A stretch of 64,000 nucleotides of DNA from a virus. The stretch is taken from IMG/VR virus record IMGVR_UViG_3300037307_000721; one strand, given 5' to 3'. The number at the start of each line of letters is the position of its first letter. Position 1 is the first letter of the stretch. This document shows, piece by piece, positions 51,727 to 60,898 of this stretch. The position numbers were made by a program, and so were the translations under genes. The notes under the pieces were generated by a model. It was not told the DNA's origin and did no database searches. It saw only the letters and a program-made list of their open reading frames with translations.

Positions 51727-54700
51727 CTAGCCTCCACCGCCGCCCGCTGCCACGCTTCGACCGGCGCCCCACTGGCGCAGCAAGTACTCCTGAGCTTGCG
51801 TCGAGATCGACTCCTCTCCAATCTGGTTGTTGACGTTGATGTTGATCTTCTGGTTCTTGAGAAGCTCGTTCGTCGCCGCCGTGTTCGTCGCGATCGTCTG
51901 CAAGGTCCCCTGCGGTCCCTCGCCGCCCTTGGTCGGTGGCGGGACCGGCCCGGTGGCGGCGAGCATGGTCTCGGCGGTCGGAGCCTTGCGCCCGGCGCCG
52001 ATGTCGAGCCACTCAGCCCACTTCTTGATCGTGCCACTGAGGGCCGGCAGCTCGTACGCCATGGCGCCCTGGGCCTCGGTGATGGACTTGCCGGCGCCTG
52101 CCAGGTTTCGCGCTCCTTCGGGGCTCAGGAAGGGGACCGACTTCGACATCTCAGCCAGGGCTCTGACGGACTGGTCCGTGAGCTCCTTGGCCGGTATGCC
52201 GAGCATCTTGCGGAGCGCTGCAGTTTCCTGCTCCATGGCGACTTTCTTCTCGGCCGCAGCCGCCGCCGGACCCAAGCCCATCGGCGCCGTGATGTATGCC
52301 GACCTGGTACGCTCCTTCACGCTCTTGCCCGCTTCGGCAATCTGCGCCTGGAGCGCCACTCGCTTTGCCACCGGCATGGCGCCGATGTTGGCCATCCACT
52401 GCGTGAAGGCCATGACGGACATGCCCGCTTTCTCGGCTTGCTTGGTCATCTGCATGAAGCCGATGCCCGTGATGTCCGAGACCTTCTCCTGAGCCGCCAT
52501 GTTCTTGCGCCGCGCCGCGGCCATCTCCTCGTTCGCGTTGACCTGCGCCTGGCGCATGCGCTTCTCGCTCTCCTCCTGTCGGTAGCCCATCAGGGTGAAG
52601 ACCGTCGACATGGCCTTGCTCTCCTTCAGACCGCCGGTGAAGGAGGCGTTGACCTGGTCCAGGCCCTTGACGAAGTCCTTCTCGTGGGGGAACGCGCCCT
52701 TGAAGGCCAGCGTGACGAAGTTCATCGCCTGCTGGGCGTCAGCCATCTCCTTTTTGCTGACGTCCATGCCCGCGGCGTAGCGCTCGCGAACCAAGTTCAC
52801 TTTCGAGATTCGCTCCTCCAGGACCTTCATGCCGGCCTCGGTGAAACGACCGGTCTTGCGCAGCGCTTCCATGTGCGGCGTGAGCTGCCCGAAGATGCGC
52901 TCGGGTGCCACGGGGAGCTTGGCCTTCTCGACTGCCGCAGCGTCGCGGATCACGGAGGCGTAGGACGCCACCACGTCCTGGAGCACGCCCACGGACTGCT
53001 CACCGCGGCGCAGGGACTGCGCATAGATGCGGCTCGATTGCGCCAAGTCCACCTTGGCCGAGGCGACTTCCTTCGTGGCCTTGTAGCCGTACTCGCCGGC
53101 CAGGAACTTGACGCCCTCGATGGCGTCGGGCAGGAACTCGACGAGGGTCAGGATGAGACCGACAGGCCCCAGGAGGCTGCGCCAGAGGTTCTTTGCCGAG
53201 GAGCTCGCGAAGAGCAGCGACTTGCCGAGCCAGTTGGTTGGACCAACCGCCATGGCCGCCGTTCGCGCGTATGCCATGAGCTTGGTCGTCATGCCCATGA
53301 AGATCGCTCCGGCCATGGAACCCTCCTTCGTCAAGAAGGCCATGGCCGTGCCCGCGATTCGCCCAGCGGCACCAAGCGCCAGGAACGGGGTCAAGATGGT
53401 CAACGCGCCGACCCCGATGTTGACCATGAAGGCAAGGAGTACCTTGAAGACCTGCGCGAGAGCGCTTCCGGAATCCATCCAGCTGCGGAAGGCGTTGATG
53501 CCGCTCGCGATGCCTCCGACGATAGGCGACAGCGCGCTGGCCAGCGGCTGGAACGCCGTCACGAGGAGGTTGTTGATCGACTCGGACAGCCTCTCGATTT
53601 GCATCGAGAGAGGCTTCATCGCCTCCTCGTTCATCTGTTGCAGCAGCTCGCTGTTGTTCGCGATCTGGCTCATGATGTAGTCGTACGCATCCGCGCCGTA
53701 GCGAACAGCTCCACTCTGGTCGAGCACGCCTTTCACCATGCCCTGGATGTTGGCCATGATTGGCTTCACCGCCCGGTCGCCGAAAGCCAGGCGGATCTGG
53801 TTGGCCATGAACGTCCAGTTCTTGCCGTGCTTCACGGAGGCATCGGCGAGGCCGACCATGATGTCGCGCACGCTCGAGAACGCACCTCCCTGCGCCAGGG
53901 TCAAGCCCAGTCCAGCCTCGAGCTGCGCAATGTGCTTCGGGTCGGTGAGCCTGGCCATGGCCGTCTTCAAGCCTGTCGCCGCCTCGGACGCACCCAGACC
54001 GCCCTTGATGGCCATGAGGTAGGCTGGATAGATGTCGTCGAAGTTCGTGCCGACGAGCCCGGCGGCGACGCCGAGCTTGCCCATGCCCTCGCGGAGATCC
54101 TCCACCTGCACACCGACGGCGAGCGAGCCAGCTACGAGCTTGTTCAGCGTGGGCTCCAGCTCGTTGGCCCGGAGACGAAACGCGCCCATCGTGGTCGCCG
54201 CCAGGTCGGCCGCCTTGGTCACGTCCTTGCTCAGGTAGGTCTGAGCGAGCATGAGCACTGGCAGCATCGCCTCAGCCGTCGCCTTGGTGTCGCGCACGGC
54301 CAGATTCAACCGCTTGGCGGCCTCGATGGCCTCCGGCGGCGTGAACACGGTGTACTCGGCGGCCTGCATCGCCGCCTTGGTGAGAATCCCGATGTTCTCG
54401 GCGGTCAGGCCCGTAGAGACCTTGAGGTCCGTCTGCGCCTTCTCCAGCTCCATCGCTGGCTTCACCGCGCCAGCCAGGAGCCTGGCGGCCTGCTTGACCA
54501 CGATGAGCGCGTTGTACGCGCCTGCGAGCTCCTTGAGGGAGCCCTTGCCCGCCTTGGCCGCGTTGCTCACGTTGTTGATGCTGCCGGCCATCTGGTTGTT
54601 GCCGCCCGTGACCGCCGCGGCGATCGGCTGCAACGACGCAGCGATCTGCGCGCCCATGGTCTGCATCTGAGCGAACAGGGCGTTCAGGGCCGGCCCCTGC

Positions 54701-54837
54701 TTGATCGAACTGGAGGCCATGTTGGCGAAGGCCTTCTCCACGTTCTTGAGAGAGGCCGTCACCTTGTTGGCCACCGGCGTCAACGCATCGACGCCGCTGA
54801 AGGTGAAGGTGATGGTATGAGAGACGTTCCTTGCCAT
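51727..54837 (-). CDS. Tape measure protein (TP901-like core)
   Basis: 1036 aa, Ala-rich helical; MAY.MAIKGG.GASEAATGLKTAM core. Confidence 0.92.
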   Translation of the reverse strand: MARNVSHTITFTFSGVDALTPVANKVTASLKNVEKAFANMASSSIKQGPALNALFAQMQTMGAQIAASLQPIAAAVTGGNNQMAGSINNVSNAAKAGKGSLKELAGAYNALIVVKQAARLLAGAVKPAMELEKAQTDLKVSTGLTAENIGILTKAAMQAAEYTVFTPPEAIEAAKRLNLAVRDTKATAEAMLPVLMLAQTYLSKDVTKAADLAATTMGAFRLRANELEPTLNKLVAGSLAVGVQVEDLREGMGKLGVAAGLVGTNFDDIYPAYLMAIKGGLGASEAATGLKTAMARLTDPKHIAQLEAGLGLTLAQGGAFSSVRDIMVGLADASVKHGKNWTFMANQIRLAFGDRAVKPIMANIQGMVKGVLDQSGAVRYGADAYDYIMSQIANNSELLQQMNEEAMKPLSMQIERLSESINNLLVTAFQPLASALSPIVGGIASGINAFRSWMDSGSALAQVFKVLLAFMVNIGVGALTILTPFLALGAAGRIAGTAMAFLTKEGSMAGAIFMGMTTKLMAYARTAAMAVGPTNWLGKSLLFASSSAKNLWRSLLGPVGLILTLVEFLPDAIEGVKFLAGEYGYKATKEVASAKVDLAQSSRIYAQSLRRGEQSVGVLQDVVASYASVIRDAAAVEKAKLPVAPERIFGQLTPHMEALRKTGRFTEAGMKVLEERISKVNLVRERYAAGMDVSKKEMADAQQAMNFVTLAFKGAFPHEKDFVKGLDQVNASFTGGLKESKAMSTVFTLMGYRQEESEKRMRQAQVNANEEMAAARRKNMAAQEKVSDITGIGFMQMTKQAEKAGMSVMAFTQWMANIGAMPVAKRVALQAQIAEAGKSVKERTRSAYITAPMGLGPAAAAAEKKVAMEQETAALRKMLGIPAKELTDQSVRALAEMSKSVPFLSPEGARNLAGAGKSITEAQGAMAYELPALSGTIKKWAEWLDIGAGRKAPTAETMLAATGPVPPPTKGGEGPQGTLQTIATNTAATNELLKNQKININVNNQIGEESISTQAQEYLLRQWGAGRSVAAGGGGG

Positions 54838-55007
54838 CAGCGCCTTCTCATGGCCCTTTTCTGAGCCTGAATCTCCTGGGTCCGATGCTCGTCCAGGAGC
54901 TCAGCGAGCACGTCGCGTTGCCCCACCGAGAGCTCCATCCACTCCTGCCACGACAGCAGCAGGCTACTGAGCTCCGGGGGCTGCAGGCTCAGAGCGAAAT
55001 GGTACAT
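54837..55007 (-). CDS. Small tail assembly chaperone (T / gp51-like); frame also open upstream as a possible -1 frameshift product
   Basis: TGATG overlap; LMYHF...WQEWMEL...R..L.ELL.E pattern. Confidence 0.7.
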   Translation of the reverse strand: MYHFALSLQPPELSSLLLSWQEWMELSVGQRDVLAELLDEHRTQEIQAQKRAMRRR

Positions 55008-55759
55008 CAGCCATTCTCGCTCTGAGGCAAATTGGCAAAACGCTTGCGGCTCGAAAAGAACCCCGCTTCGAAAGGGAGGACGACTTGCTGGGCCTTGAAG
55101 CACGATGGGCACTCGATGTCGAACATCGTGTCCACGCCGCCCTCCAGCTCGTCGGTCACGTTCCAGAGGTGGTCGGCCTGCTTGGCCTCGAAGTCTTCCA
55201 CGACCGCCAGCACGTCCCGCCAGTGCGTCTTGCCGTCGACCTCGACGATGCGCCGAGCCAGATGGTAGGTGAGGAACTTGGACTCGTCCTTGCCAGCTAG
55301 GTTGGCGAAGAACTCCTCGTCGGCGCCCGTGAGCAGCCGGCACTTGATGTGCCGACCGTCGGGGAGCGGCACGAGCAACGGCTCGTTGCTCTTCACGTGC
55401 TGCCGTCCCTCGTTGGAGACGGGCTTCACGTCGAGCTGCGTCAGGTCTACGGTCCAGACGAAGTGGTGGCGACAGGCGCCGCAGGTCACGCGGAAGTCGT
55501 ACTTCTCGCCGTAGGAAGCGATTCGCAGCTGCAGAAGCAGGTAGGTGCGATCGGCCGAGAGCAGGTTGCCCCAGTCCGGCTTGGTCCCGTTGATCATGTA
55601 GGGGCCGGGATCGCGGGTCTCGAGCCAGCAGGCGTCGAGGATGGCCGAGATGACGCGCCCGGCCTTGACCAGCTTACGATCCGTGAAGAGCTGCTCGTCC
55701 TTGACCTTCATGCCGCGGAGGACACCGCGGAGCCCGGATGGGCAGGAAACCTCGAACAT
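55007..55759 (-). CDS. Tail assembly chaperone (G / T4 gp26-like) with two CxxC
   Basis: Between tube and tape measure; DRTYLLLQLRIASYG, TCGAC, ECPSC. Confidence 0.8.
   Translation of the reverse strand: MFEVSCPSGLRGVLRGMKVKDEQLFTDRKLVKAGRVISAILDACWLETRDPGPYMINGTKPDWGNLLSADRTYLLLQLRIASYGEKYDFRVTCGACRHHFVWTVDLTQLDVKPVSNEGRQHVKSNEPLLVPLPDGRHIKCRLLTGADEEFFANLAGKDESKFLTYHLARRIVEVDGKTHWRDVLAVVEDFEAKQADHLWNVTDELEGGVDTMFDIECPSCFKAQQVVLPFEAGFFSSRKRFANLPQSENG
55070..55076 (-). promoter_or_regulatory. Candidate -1 ribosomal frameshift heptamer C CCU UUC
   Basis: X XXY YYZ in the correct frame; the -1 frame runs into the downstream ORF. Confidence 0.55.
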
Positions 55760-55786
55760 GTCTCTTTACCTCCATCTGTACCTCGG

Positions 55787-55815
55787 GGGGCCCAGGTCCT
55801 ACGGACCGGGGCCCC
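55787..55815 (-). other. Intergenic stem-loop downstream of tail tube gene
   Basis: GGGGCCC-A-GGTCC-TAC-GGACC-G-GGGCCCC (plus strand); no U-tract. Confidence 0.7.
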
Positions 55816-55842
55816 GTCTGTTGGTGACCGGTCCGACCTCAT

Positions 55843-56337
55843 CTACTCGATGAGCTCGAACCAGTCGAAGGTGAGCGTCATGGACTCGATCACGACCTCG
55901 TCGGCCGTGTTGTCCCACTCACCCGCGATGAACTTCTGCACCCAGCAGTTGTAGCAGCGGAAGACGCGAAGCTGGGTCTCCCCGTCGCGGTCGAGCTGGA
56001 TGATGTCGATGTCGTCGAGGTAGCCCGGCGTGGGATAGCCAGAGCCGCGCGTCGGGAACTTGCCCACCGTCGCGTTGCACACGGCGAGCGACCAGTCGTA
56101 GAACTTCCGCGACGTGGACGCCCCGCGCTCGAGGGTGACATCGGCCATGGTGACGCGGCCGGGCACCTTCCACGGGATCATGCTCCCGCCCTCCCAGTAC
56201 TCGATCTTGGCGACCTCGTAGGAGAGCTCGGAGCACTTCTGGAAGCCCGCGGACATGTCCGGTTCCACGTTCACGAGGAACTGGTGCTTCGGGAAAAGCT
56301 CGCGCTGGTTGCCGAGCATCTTGATGTCTGAAGCCAT
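55843..56337 (-). CDS. Tail tube protein (T4 gp19-like)
   Basis: GFQKCSEL..E...IEYWEGG...K.PGR....VTLERG...DW...W.QK...WDN...EVVIES.TL. Confidence 0.93.
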   Translation of the reverse strand: MASDIKMLGNQRELFPKHQFLVNVEPDMSAGFQKCSELSYEVAKIEYWEGGSMIPWKVPGRVTMADVTLERGASTSRKFYDWSLAVCNATVGKFPTRGSGYPTPGYLDDIDIIQLDRDGETQLRVFRCYNCWVQKFIAGEWDNTADEVVIESMTLTFDWFELIE

Positions 56338-56410
56338 CTTCTTGACCTCCGTTCCGAGGGCCTATACGGCCCAAGGAGCTGTCGTTACCTCGATTCGAGC
56401 TCCCGTGCTC

Positions 56411-58669
56411 CTACGTGCCGAACAGCTCCGCCTCGAGCGCCCGGGTGTCCTTGGTGACCTTGATGATGATGAACTCGGCCGGCGACGCCGTCGCCAGACC
56501 GACGCGGATGACCAGCTGTCCGGAGCGCTGCACGGACGGCGGGTTGAGCGCATCGCTGGTGTCGACGAAGAACGCGGTGTCCGGCGTGTTCGAGGCGAAG
56601 GCGCCCTTGCGCATCCAGCCGTGGAGCAAGGAGTAGACCTCCTTGTTCACCTGCTGGCGCAGCGTCGGCGTGTTGTTGCGATGCCGGACCCACTGCAGGC
56701 CGTTGACCAGCAACGCCTCGATGTAGCTCACGCCGCGGCGCTCGCCCACCGAGGGGAAGTTGCCATCGCCCTTGAGGGTTCGCGCGCCGTCGACGAAGAT
56801 GCCGTAGCCGCGCAGGTAGGTGATCGGATTGATGCGCTTCGGGAAGACCAGGTCGCGCTTCTCCTCGAACTTGACCTCGTCGGTCTCGAGGCCCACGACC
56901 CCGTACGGCTTGCCGCCCTCGGTGCCGGCGGGCTGGAAGAAGGGACCCTCGGTGTAGGTCCGGTCGTTGCGCGCCATGATGCCGGCGATGTACCCCGACG
57001 GGCACACGTTGATCGTGAGCACGTTCGAGCCGTACACCGTCTTCGACGGGTTCGCGATGACCAGCCGCGGCCAGTAGAGCGCCGCCATCTCCGTCTTGCC
57101 CTCGGAACCGAGAGCGCTGAGCTGCGAGATGATGTCCTGGGCGTCGAGGTTGGCCTGCGGGTCGAGGATGGAGAAGACCAGCTTGGCTCGGTCGACCTCG
57201 CAGTACTGGATCATGGCCTTCTGGGTGTTGAGGTCGGTCGCGTCCGGCACGGCGAGGATGGTGATGTCGTCGGCCGCGTCGAAGGCGTAGAGGCCCGTCT
57301 TGGCCGACTTGTCGCCGATGTAGTCGTTGTAGTCCAGACCGGACAGCCCGTCGTCACCACTCGCCAGCGCGGAGCCGGAGGTGTTCGCCGGACGGCGCGT
57401 CGTCGGCGTTCCGGCCGCCCCGAGGTCCTCGGCCGTGATGTACCAGGAGCCGGAGTCCTCGTGGTTGACGACCGTCTCGACGTACCTCGTCGCGGTGTCA
57501 TCCATCGTCACGTTGGCGAAGCTCTCGATGACGTCCGTGCCCTTGAGCACCTGGAGGTTGAACTCCGAGGCCTCACCCGAGCTCGCCGCCGTGATCTTGA
57601 TCTTGAGCGAGTTGGCGTAGGCGCCCGGGGTCTTGCCCCAGAGCTTGAGGGTCGGCACGGCCGCGGTGTCCGTGCCGGAGTGCAGGGTGTTGTCCAGACC
57701 GAGCACGCCGTCGAGGGTCGAGCTGACCTGCACCTGCAAGGTGGCCGTGGAACCCGTGTCGACGGTGGCGATGTGCACCGCGCCCGAGGCCGAGGTCACG
57801 CTCACGCCACCGCCGTTGGTCCACGCCGCCTCGACGATGGTCTCGATCTCGGAGACGGTGACCGAACGAATGTTGGCCACGTTGCCCGTGCCCTGGACCT
57901 CGCTGGTCGAGAACTGAAGGTTCGGCGTGCCGCTGTTGGCCGTGCCGCCGGTGATCTCGACGTAGGAGCCCGTGCCCGCCTTGTCGCTCTCGATGGTAAC
58001 CTTGGTGCCGGCCGTGGTGACCTTCGCCTTGCCGCCATAGATGGCCTTGTTGATGGCCTGCGCGACTTCCTCGGCGGTGCCTGCCGCCGGAGTGCCGAAA
58101 TCGCTCGTCTGGAAGGTGACCGTCTGCACCGGGCCCTGGTCGATCTTGAGCGTGAGGGTCTCGCCACCGGTGGAGAAGTCGTAGGTCTCGGCCGTCGCGC
58201 ACTCGACAGCGGCGGGAGTGCCGGTGAAAGTCGCCGTCTGGTCGCCCAGCCCGTCGATGCTGCCGACCAGCGTGTCGCCAGACTGCATGAGGAACGGCCC
58301 GGTGACGGAGCCCGTGACCTCGGCGGCGCCCGGAGCCACCGCGTCCGTGTCGAGCTCGACGTAGCCCTGCTCGGCGGTGGCGGTGGCCTTGCTGCTCGGG
58401 TCGGTGAAGTGGCAGGTCCGCACCACGTAGCAGCGCTGACCACCGTTCAGGAAGTAGCCCCGCACGGCCAGGGCCAGCTCGTAGTCCTCGATGAAGCCAC
58501 CGAAGTACCTCTCGTACTCGGAGTACGCCGTGAGAAGGGTCGCCTCGGCGATGGGCCCACGCTCCGCTATGCCCTCGATGGCGAGAACGGCCGTGGGCAG
58601 CGTGGGAAAGCCGCGAATGGTGGGCTCTTCCTCGCTGATGATGATCTTTGATGCAAGCAGCTCTGGCAT
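56411..58669 (-). CDS. Tail sheath protein with inserted domains
   Basis: GIAERGP...F.NGG.RCYVV; ALYWP; PSG..AG..AR; RINPI; VDGARTL; PAEFIII. Confidence 0.95.
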   Translation of the reverse strand: MPELLASKIIISEEEPTIRGFPTLPTAVLAIEGIAERGPIAEATLLTAYSEYERYFGGFIEDYELALAVRGYFLNGGQRCYVVRTCHFTDPSSKATATAEQGYVELDTDAVAPGAAEVTGSVTGPFLMQSGDTLVGSIDGLGDQTATFTGTPAAVECATAETYDFSTGGETLTLKIDQGPVQTVTFQTSDFGTPAAGTAEEVAQAINKAIYGGKAKVTTAGTKVTIESDKAGTGSYVEITGGTANSGTPNLQFSTSEVQGTGNVANIRSVTVSEIETIVEAAWTNGGGVSVTSASGAVHIATVDTGSTATLQVQVSSTLDGVLGLDNTLHSGTDTAAVPTLKLWGKTPGAYANSLKIKITAASSGEASEFNLQVLKGTDVIESFANVTMDDTATRYVETVVNHEDSGSWYITAEDLGAAGTPTTRRPANTSGSALASGDDGLSGLDYNDYIGDKSAKTGLYAFDAADDITILAVPDATDLNTQKAMIQYCEVDRAKLVFSILDPQANLDAQDIISQLSALGSEGKTEMAALYWPRLVIANPSKTVYGSNVLTINVCPSGYIAGIMARNDRTYTEGPFFQPAGTEGGKPYGVVGLETDEVKFEEKRDLVFPKRINPITYLRGYGIFVDGARTLKGDGNFPSVGERRGVSYIEALLVNGLQWVRHRNNTPTLRQQVNKEVYSLLHGWMRKGAFASNTPDTAFFVDTSDALNPPSVQRSGQLVIRVGLATASPAEFIIIKVTKDTRALEAELFGT

Positions 58670-58717
58670 TGGTGCCTCCCAAGCTCTGACGCCTCTCGGC
58701 GAACTTTGGCTACCCTA

Positions 58718-59683
58718 TCACAAAGTTTTTGTTTCCACCAGAGTCCCGGTTAGTTTTTGCGTGCCTAGGGTGAATGTGCCCACGCCCCAAGCCCTGAGAT
58801 AGGGTGGCAGGTAGAGAATTGGTACTCTGCGAATTTCCAGCTTTGCTGCAAACGTGTGCAGGTTGGCGTTCATGATGCCGGCGCCGGGCGACGGGTCGTC
58901 CGTGACCACGATGGGCAGGCGCAGCCGACTTCCCTGGGGCACGTCGCCCGGCATGACCAGGTACGGGTTCCGCCAAAACACTTTGCGAATCGCCGACATG
59001 AGCGTTATGAACTCGGGCTGCGCGTCCGAGTGCCCCGTGACCGTGTAGGTCAAGGTGTGCATGATCGGATTGGGCCAGATGAGCGAGCTTCCGTCCTGCT
59101 GCTCCTCCTGGATGGCCTCGTTCTCCCAACCGTAGGCGTCCTCCTTGATGTCCGGGCCGAGCAGGTACACGGTAGGAATACCCGCCTGGGCGATGTCCAC
59201 ACCGTCCGGTGAGTAGTCCGTGTGCGTTCGCGGGCTCGTCAGGAGCAGCACCTCGCGCTTGAGCATGCGCAACACGGCGCGCGTGATACGGGTGATTGGG
59301 GACTCGTCCTCGAGCGTCGGTGGGCGCAGGTTCTCACGCTCGAACGTGTAGGCGCTGGCCCTTGTCGCCACCTCGCCCGGAATTGGGTCTAGGTTGTCAT
59401 CGAGGTTCTTGACCACGACGCTGACGGCCGGGAAGGTCTCCAGGTCCACATCCCCGGGGTACGCCGGCGTGATGACCTCGAGCGCGGTCTCGCTGTAGAC
59501 GTAGACCTTGGGGCACGGCTCGCCGTCGAAGAGCACTTGCACGTAGCACGGCGCGGCGCTGTTCGGGTTGCCACTTGGCGGAGGTGTGTACTGCCGAAAG
59601 TTCGTGCCGGTGATCGACACGAGGTGTCCGCCACCAGCGGGTCCGCTCGTAGAAGAGATGGCCGTGATCGTAGGGATGGCCAT
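58718..59683 (-). CDS. IPT/TIG-domain tail completion / terminator-like protein
   Basis: PTITAISSTSGPAGGG.LVSITGTNF IPT domain; position upstream of sheath. Confidence 0.65.
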   Translation of the reverse strand: MAIPTITAISSTSGPAGGGHLVSITGTNFRQYTPPPSGNPNSAAPCYVQVLFDGEPCPKVYVYSETALEVITPAYPGDVDLETFPAVSVVVKNLDDNLDPIPGEVATRASAYTFERENLRPPTLEDESPITRITRAVLRMLKREVLLLTSPRTHTDYSPDGVDIAQAGIPTVYLLGPDIKEDAYGWENEAIQEEQQDGSSLIWPNPIMHTLTYTVTGHSDAQPEFITLMSAIRKVFWRNPYLVMPGDVPQGSRLRLPIVVTDDPSPGAGIMNANLHTFAAKLEIRRVPILYLPPYLRAWGVGTFTLGTQKLTGTLVETKTL

Positions 59684-59687
59684 CGCG

Positions 59688-60371
59688 TCAGCTCCCCTTC
59701 AGTCCAAGGCGCATGTCGAACATCGTTGCGACGAAGTCCGGCGCCCACTGCGCGATCTGGTCGAACGTCTGGCCCCAGATGGGTCTCGCCGGGATCCAGG
59801 TCGAGATGGTCTGGCCCGTGTACTGATGCGGCAGGTGCCCGCCGGAAGCGCGGCCGACAACCTGCCCGTACAGCACCCGCAGGTAGTGGCGCATGCGCAG
59901 GGTCACGGGGACCGTTCGCACGAACCCGGTCTCCTGGAGCGCCGCGATCCACGACAGCGGAATCGTCTGGCCTCCGGAGAAGGCTCCCTTGATTCCCGCG
60001 AGCACACCGACGACGAAGCGGAGCGGTGCCATCTTCTCGTAGTCGATCGCCTTGGCGAGCTCTCCACTACGACGAAGGGGCCGCGCCGACGGGTACGCCG
60101 GGATCGGCGGCCATACCTCGCCCTGCGTCTTGCCGATCCTGTACTTGCTGCGCGACCCGAACGCGAGAGGCGGCTGGGCCGAGCCCTGCGAGACGGCCGC
60201 GGACACCGATAGCGTCGCACGCTGTGCGAGCTCTTCGAGCACTTGCGACAGAGCGGACTTGGTCCGCTCGCGAATCGTCTTCGGAGTGGCCTGCGCCTCG
60301 GCCATGCCCTTCATCTCGAAGCGCAAGTCGATCGAGCCGATAGAACCCGTGACGAGCGTCGAGCTTGCCAT
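59688..60371 (-). CDS. Neck / virion morphogenesis protein (HK97 gp10/Mu gpG-like)
   Basis: PLRRSGEL..AI, ALQETG, IPARP.W; ATG 60371. Confidence 0.7.
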   Translation of the reverse strand: MASSTLVTGSIGSIDLRFEMKGMAEAQATPKTIRERTKSALSQVLEELAQRATLSVSAAVSQGSAQPPLAFGSRSKYRIGKTQGEVWPPIPAYPSARPLRRSGELAKAIDYEKMAPLRFVVGVLAGIKGAFSGGQTIPLSWIAALQETGFVRTVPVTLRMRHYLRVLYGQVVGRASGGHLPHQYTGQTISTWIPARPIWGQTFDQIAQWAPDFVATMFDMRLGLKGS

Positions 60372-60898
60372 CAGGTCACCTTCTCGCGATCGGCCAGGTA
60401 CGCCAGGTATAGGTCGGTCCCGTCGACGCCGAAGCCGAACGAGGCCGGCTGGAGCTCCACGATGTAGAGCCCAGGCGGGTCGATGTGCACCGTCGGTACG
60501 CGCGGCTGCTTGAAGGATTCGATCGCCGAGATACGATCGTTGACCTTCAGCAAGAGCTTCTTCGTGCTCTTGTCGACCAGCTTCAGGCGCTTGAGGTCTG
60601 TCCGATGAAAGACGAGCGTGAAGCCCGTCTGCGGATCGTCGCCGGGCGGCACCTGGGCCAGACGCTCGAACCTGATCATCTCGACCTGACAGGGGATGCG
60701 AATGGCAGGCAGCTCGCTGCGCGCGTTCTCGCGCACGGTCTTGCCTTGGCGCGTGGCGTCGTAGGTGACGGGCTCGCGAAAGTCCTTGTCGTAGCCACTC
60801 GTCTGTCCAGCGGGTTGAAGCGAGCGAGTCGCCGACGGATTCAGTCGATGAACCACCGCGAGCGACTTCTCGAGAACGAGTGGTACGCTGAAGGGCAT
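60371..60898 (-). CDS. Head closure / head-tail adaptor
   Basis: SGYDKDFREP...IPCQVE; position in neck module. Confidence 0.65.
   Translation of the reverse strand: MPFSVPLVLEKSLAVVHRLNPSATRSLQPAGQTSGYDKDFREPVTYDATRQGKTVRENARSELPAIRIPCQVEMIRFERLAQVPPGDDPQTGFTLVFHRTDLKRLKLVDKSTKKLLLKVNDRISAIESFKQPRVPTVHIDPPGLYIVELQPASFGFGVDGTDLYLAYLADREKVT

Noticed and set aside
51601-54864. Very long antisense ORFs (also 38510..41323, 45231..47570, 56255..58651, 32793..34874, 3839..5278)
   Set aside because: They mirror real genes on the opposite strand, as expected from high GC3 bias, and show no protein motifs
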